Assembly: GCA_963850305.1 (NCBI GenBank)
Contig: CAWKKR010000007.1
Location: forward strand, 160,001-224,000
Length of the DNA: 64,000 nt
Reading direction: 5' to 3'
Source of the DNA: an uncultured delta proteobacterium
GTDB taxonomy: Bacteria > Myxococcota_A > Polyangia > Polyangiales > Polyangiaceae
A model generated the notes under the pieces. That model did not search any database, was not told the DNA's origin, and worked only from the letters and a program-made list of their open reading frames with translations. Position numbers and translations under genes: made by a program. Below are positions 61,023 through 64,000 of the stretch, piece by piece. Every line of letters begins with the position of its first letter. The first letter of the stretch is position 1.

Positions 61023-61401
61023 GTAAATGAGGTCAGCTGCTCCGGATCGTTCGCCGTGAATGAAATGGAGCAGGTGAGCTGCCGCGGGTCGTTCTTCATG
61101 AATGAAATGGAGCAGGTGAGCTGCCGCGGATCGTTCGCCGTGAATGAAATGGAGCAGGTGAGCTGCCCCGGAGGGTTCGTCGTGAACGAAATGGAGCAGG
61201 TGAGCTGCCGCGGGTCGTTCTTCATGAATGAAATGGAGCAGGTGAGCTGCCGCGGGTCGTTCGCCGTGAATGAAATGGAGCAGGTGAGCTGCCCCGGAGG
61301 GTTCGTCGTGAACGAAATGGAGCAGGTGAGCTGCCCCGGAGGGTTCGTCGTGAACGAAATGGAGCAAGTGACCTGTCTCGGAACGTTCACGGTGAACGAA
61401 A
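61023..61401. repeat. 42-bp tandem array, 8 full units plus degenerate flanking partial units
   Basis: Units start at 61056, 61098, 61140, 61182, 61224, 61266, 61308, 61350. Core RTGAAYGAAATGGAGCAGGTGAGCTGCC plus a 14-nt variant part. Confidence 0.95.
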
Positions 61402-61470
61402 TCGACCCGATCGCCTTACCCGTGGGGGTCCCGACGGACTCCCACGCAGGAGTCCCGCATGCCGAGGACG

Positions 61471-61995
61471 TCAGAACGCGAGCACGACGCGTTCCGTATC
61501 ACTCGGTCCGCAATCCGTCGCGAGCGGGGCGTGCACGTAGAGCGTGGCGTCGAGGGTGCCGTGAGGCGTCGTGTTCGGTCCGGCGGACGTCAAATTCAGG
61601 GTCATGCTGCCCGTCGGGACGCTGAGCGTGCCGGCAGCGTACGTACAGTTCGAGTCCCCGGCGACGGTCGCGATCGCGCTCCAGTCCGACAAGCCTTCCG
61701 AAGAGTAGTCGCCCGCCGATGGGTCGTCGCCGAGCGGCACGGCGATCGTCAGCTGCGCGAGATCCGGCGTGCTCGCGCTCAGGGTCAGCACGTAGGCCGC
61801 TCCGGCGTCGGCGGGCGGTGCCAGTTTCGCGCAGTCAGCGGGCAACTGCGCCGTCTCGGAGGTGTCTCCAGCGATTTCGACGGCGCAATCTTGCGCGCTC
61901 GAGGAACCGGAACACCCTGCCGCCGCCGCTGGCAAGAGCGCGGCAAGGATCGATGTGCCCAGCACCCGGAAGAATCGTTTCAGCGAGGACCTCAT
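61471..61995 (-). CDS. Hypothetical lipoprotein
   Basis: Lipobox AAGC; beta-rich; overlaps the upstream gene end. Confidence 0.7.
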   Translation of the reverse strand: MRSSLKRFFRVLGTSILAALLPAAAAGCSGSSSAQDCAVEIAGDTSETAQLPADCAKLAPPADAGAAYVLTLSASTPDLAQLTIAVPLGDDPSAGDYSSEGLSDWSAIATVAGDSNCTYAAGTLSVPTGSMTLNLTSAGPNTTPHGTLDATLYVHAPLATDCGPSDTERVVLAF

Positions 61996-63924
61996 AGCGA
62001 TTTCAGGTACTCGACGAGCGCGTCGAGCTCGGTGGGTGCCGTCGGAGCGTTGGGCATCTCGAGCACCGCGTCGCGCAGCGTCTCGGCGCTGCCGTCGTGA
62101 AGGTACGGCGGCGTCGAGGCGACGCCGTTCAGAGACGGGGTATCGAAATCGCAGGCGGCGCGCGGGTTACCATCCACGTCTTGATGTGCGACATCCGGGA
62201 ACGACCCGGACGTCACGCACGTTCCGATGTCGTGAAGCAGGATCACGCCGCCGAGGTCGAGAGTCGGATTGCCTCCGCCGGAATCCGTGAACCGTTCGCC
62301 GCTGTGACAGCTCGGGCATCCCGAGCTCTGGAACAGAGCCTGGCCCTGCGAGACGAGAGTCGCGTTCGTGGTCGGCGGGATGGGCAGCGGGAGGCCAAAG
62401 TTCACGTAATCGGCGAGTGCGGAGAGGAGCGTCGCCTGGTCCGTCGCGTCGAATCTTCCGCCCTGTTCCACGTTGATGGTGTGAAAGTAGTCCTCGACCT
62501 TGGTTCGGTCGGCGGTGCGGAACAGAAAACCCGTTCCGAGCATGCCACCGGCGTTGGTCGGGGTATCGCGCGGCCCCTGCGAAAACTTCCACGTCACTGC
62601 GTCACTGCGTCCCTCCATGTGGCAGGTGGCGCACGAGATCCAGTGATCGGTCGTGATGGGGAACTCGGTGCTGTTCGCCGAATTGAAGAGCCGGTCGCCG
62701 AGGCGGAGAGTCTCGGGCATCGGGTCCGAGGTCCATAGCGGGATGGTCGCGCCGTCGACCGACGCGGAGAGCTTGTTGCCGGTGCGCGCGAGACGAAGCA
62801 CGGCGACATCGCCGGACTGCCGTTCATCGACGTAGGCGAACTGGTCGTCCGCGGACACGACGATGCCGTCGGGCATGAAGCCGGGCAGGGGACGCACGAG
62901 CCCCGACTCCACTTTCGTGTTCGCATCGACGATCAGGATGTCTTCGCTGTTTGCGGCGACCATGAGCGCAAAGTCGCCGTCGTGGGTGAACGCCACGGCG
63001 TGCGGTCCGGACACGACGTCCGCAAACGCGCCGTCAACGCCCGCGACGTCGGAGGCGTCCGTCGTGAGAGTCTGTTCGTACTTCCCGTCGTCGTGGAGCA
63101 CTGAGAGCGCCGGAAACGCGGTCGATTCGAAGTCGAGCGCGGGCTGCGCGGTATCGGTCGCCAGGAGTGCATGCGCCACCCAGACCTCGCCGGTCGAGGG
63201 TCGAGCTGCGACGTCGTAGAGGCCGCGAACTTGCCCGTGCGAAAGGAGGCGGTTGCCTCGTGGCGCCATGTCCGGCACCGCCCATGTGTCGAGGACCGAC
63301 ATTGCCCGAGGGTCCAGCGCCGTGACGCCCGGCCCCATGAATTGCGTGACGAGGAGCGTCGTTCCGTCGTTCGACCACCCGAGAGCCCAGGGTTCCGCCG
63401 CGACGGTGGCCGTCGCCTCGACCTTTCCGGTCGTCGCGTCGACTCGAACCACAGTCGAGTCTTGCGAGCACGCGACGTAAATCGACGCACCGTCGGGCGA
63501 CGACACCACCCGACAGGTTCGCTCCCCACGTGTACGGTGCGAGTCACCTGCTTCGTTGCCGCGTCGATGAAGTAGAGCGCACTCGAGCGCTCGCCCGTCA
63601 CATACAGCGTCGAGCCGTCTTTCGAGATCGCGACGGAGCGTGGCATCACGGCCGGAGCGAACGCGCCCGTCGGATCTGGCGCGGGTACCGCGTCGGCCAG
63701 GAGGATCTTGCGCTCAAGGTGCGACCCGCCACGTCCAGCACCGACACCGAATCGGCCTCGGGGTTGACGACGTAGAGCGTCGTTCCGTCCGGAGCGAGCA
63801 CCATCGACGACGAATGCGTTCCTCCCGAACCGCCGGGTGCCACGCCGCCACCGGCGTTCGAGCCACACGAGATGGCCAGCGCGAGCGACGAGGCGCAGGC
63901 GGCGGAGCGAATCCAGGAGGTCAT
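61992..63924 (-). CDS. YVTN/YncE beta-propeller + di-heme cytochrome c (peroxidase/MauG-like) lipoprotein, two apparent 1-nt frameshifts (~63717, ~63510)
   Basis: Joining ORFs 63646..63924, 62933..63868 and 61992..63509 gives continuous SPDG/LYV propeller repeats. CATCH and CPSCH hemes, RDTP, FDTPSL, PPYLHDGSA. Confidence 0.8.
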
Positions 63925-64000
63925 GGCGAAACGTGGAAGGTGACGGAGTCCGCGAGCGCGGAGGGCAGGTGCGCGTCGTCGATCTCCGGAACGCAGTCGT
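63921..64000 (-). CDS. 3' end of an upstream gene (…DCVPEIDDAHLPSALADSVTFHVSP*), 5'-partial
   Basis: Open frame from the window edge ending in TGA that overlaps ATG 63924 (ATGA coupling). Confidence 0.55.
   Translation of the reverse strand, partial: DCVPEIDDAHLPSALADSVTFHVSP

Noticed and set aside
61023..61401. 42-bp array as a CRISPR or TIGR array
   Set aside because: The variable parts are only 14 nt, related to one another and repeated rather than unique spacers. No cas or Nop-domain gene is recognisable in the window.

Overview
GC-rich (roughly two-thirds G+C by eye) bacterial chromosome segment, very likely Myxococcota of Polyangiaceae/Sorangium type. This is inferred from the TIGR04563-like small protein, Uma2 endonuclease, eukaryote-like Ser/Thr kinase, PP2C-cNMP phosphatase and Cys-rich lipoprotein. 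About 60 mostly housekeeping or signalling CDSs are present, including thiolase, panE, pntA dI, vapBC, ygiQ, purE, pgpA, glpA/glpB, acnA, ctpA, slyD, degP, an ECF sigma factor, an M16 peptidase pair, terC and menB. I see no rRNA, tRNA, true CRISPR array, transposase or integrase. Several single-base frameshifts in short homopolymers suggest long-read consensus errors, so gene disruptions need caution. The best candidate for an undescribed system is at 59.67-61.45 kb: an all-helical protein of unknown function next to a structured 42-bp tandem array. The array has higher-order ABC-ABC periodicity, a hairpin in every unit and 11-bp inverted ends; a duplicated 114-bp REP-like element lies on the gene's other side. 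Other notable items are an unannotated 20-aa ORF with an SD/anti-SD leader and its own terminator (3.1-3.3 kb), a palindromic repeat whose partial copy forms the stop of an orphan pntA, an in-frame TAG in a B12 radical SAM gene, a His-to-Tyr pseudo-histidine kinase, a kinase lacking its ATPase domain, and a sigma54/enhancer-driven NarK plus small-protein unit. All family assignments come from motif recognition; no database searches were run.
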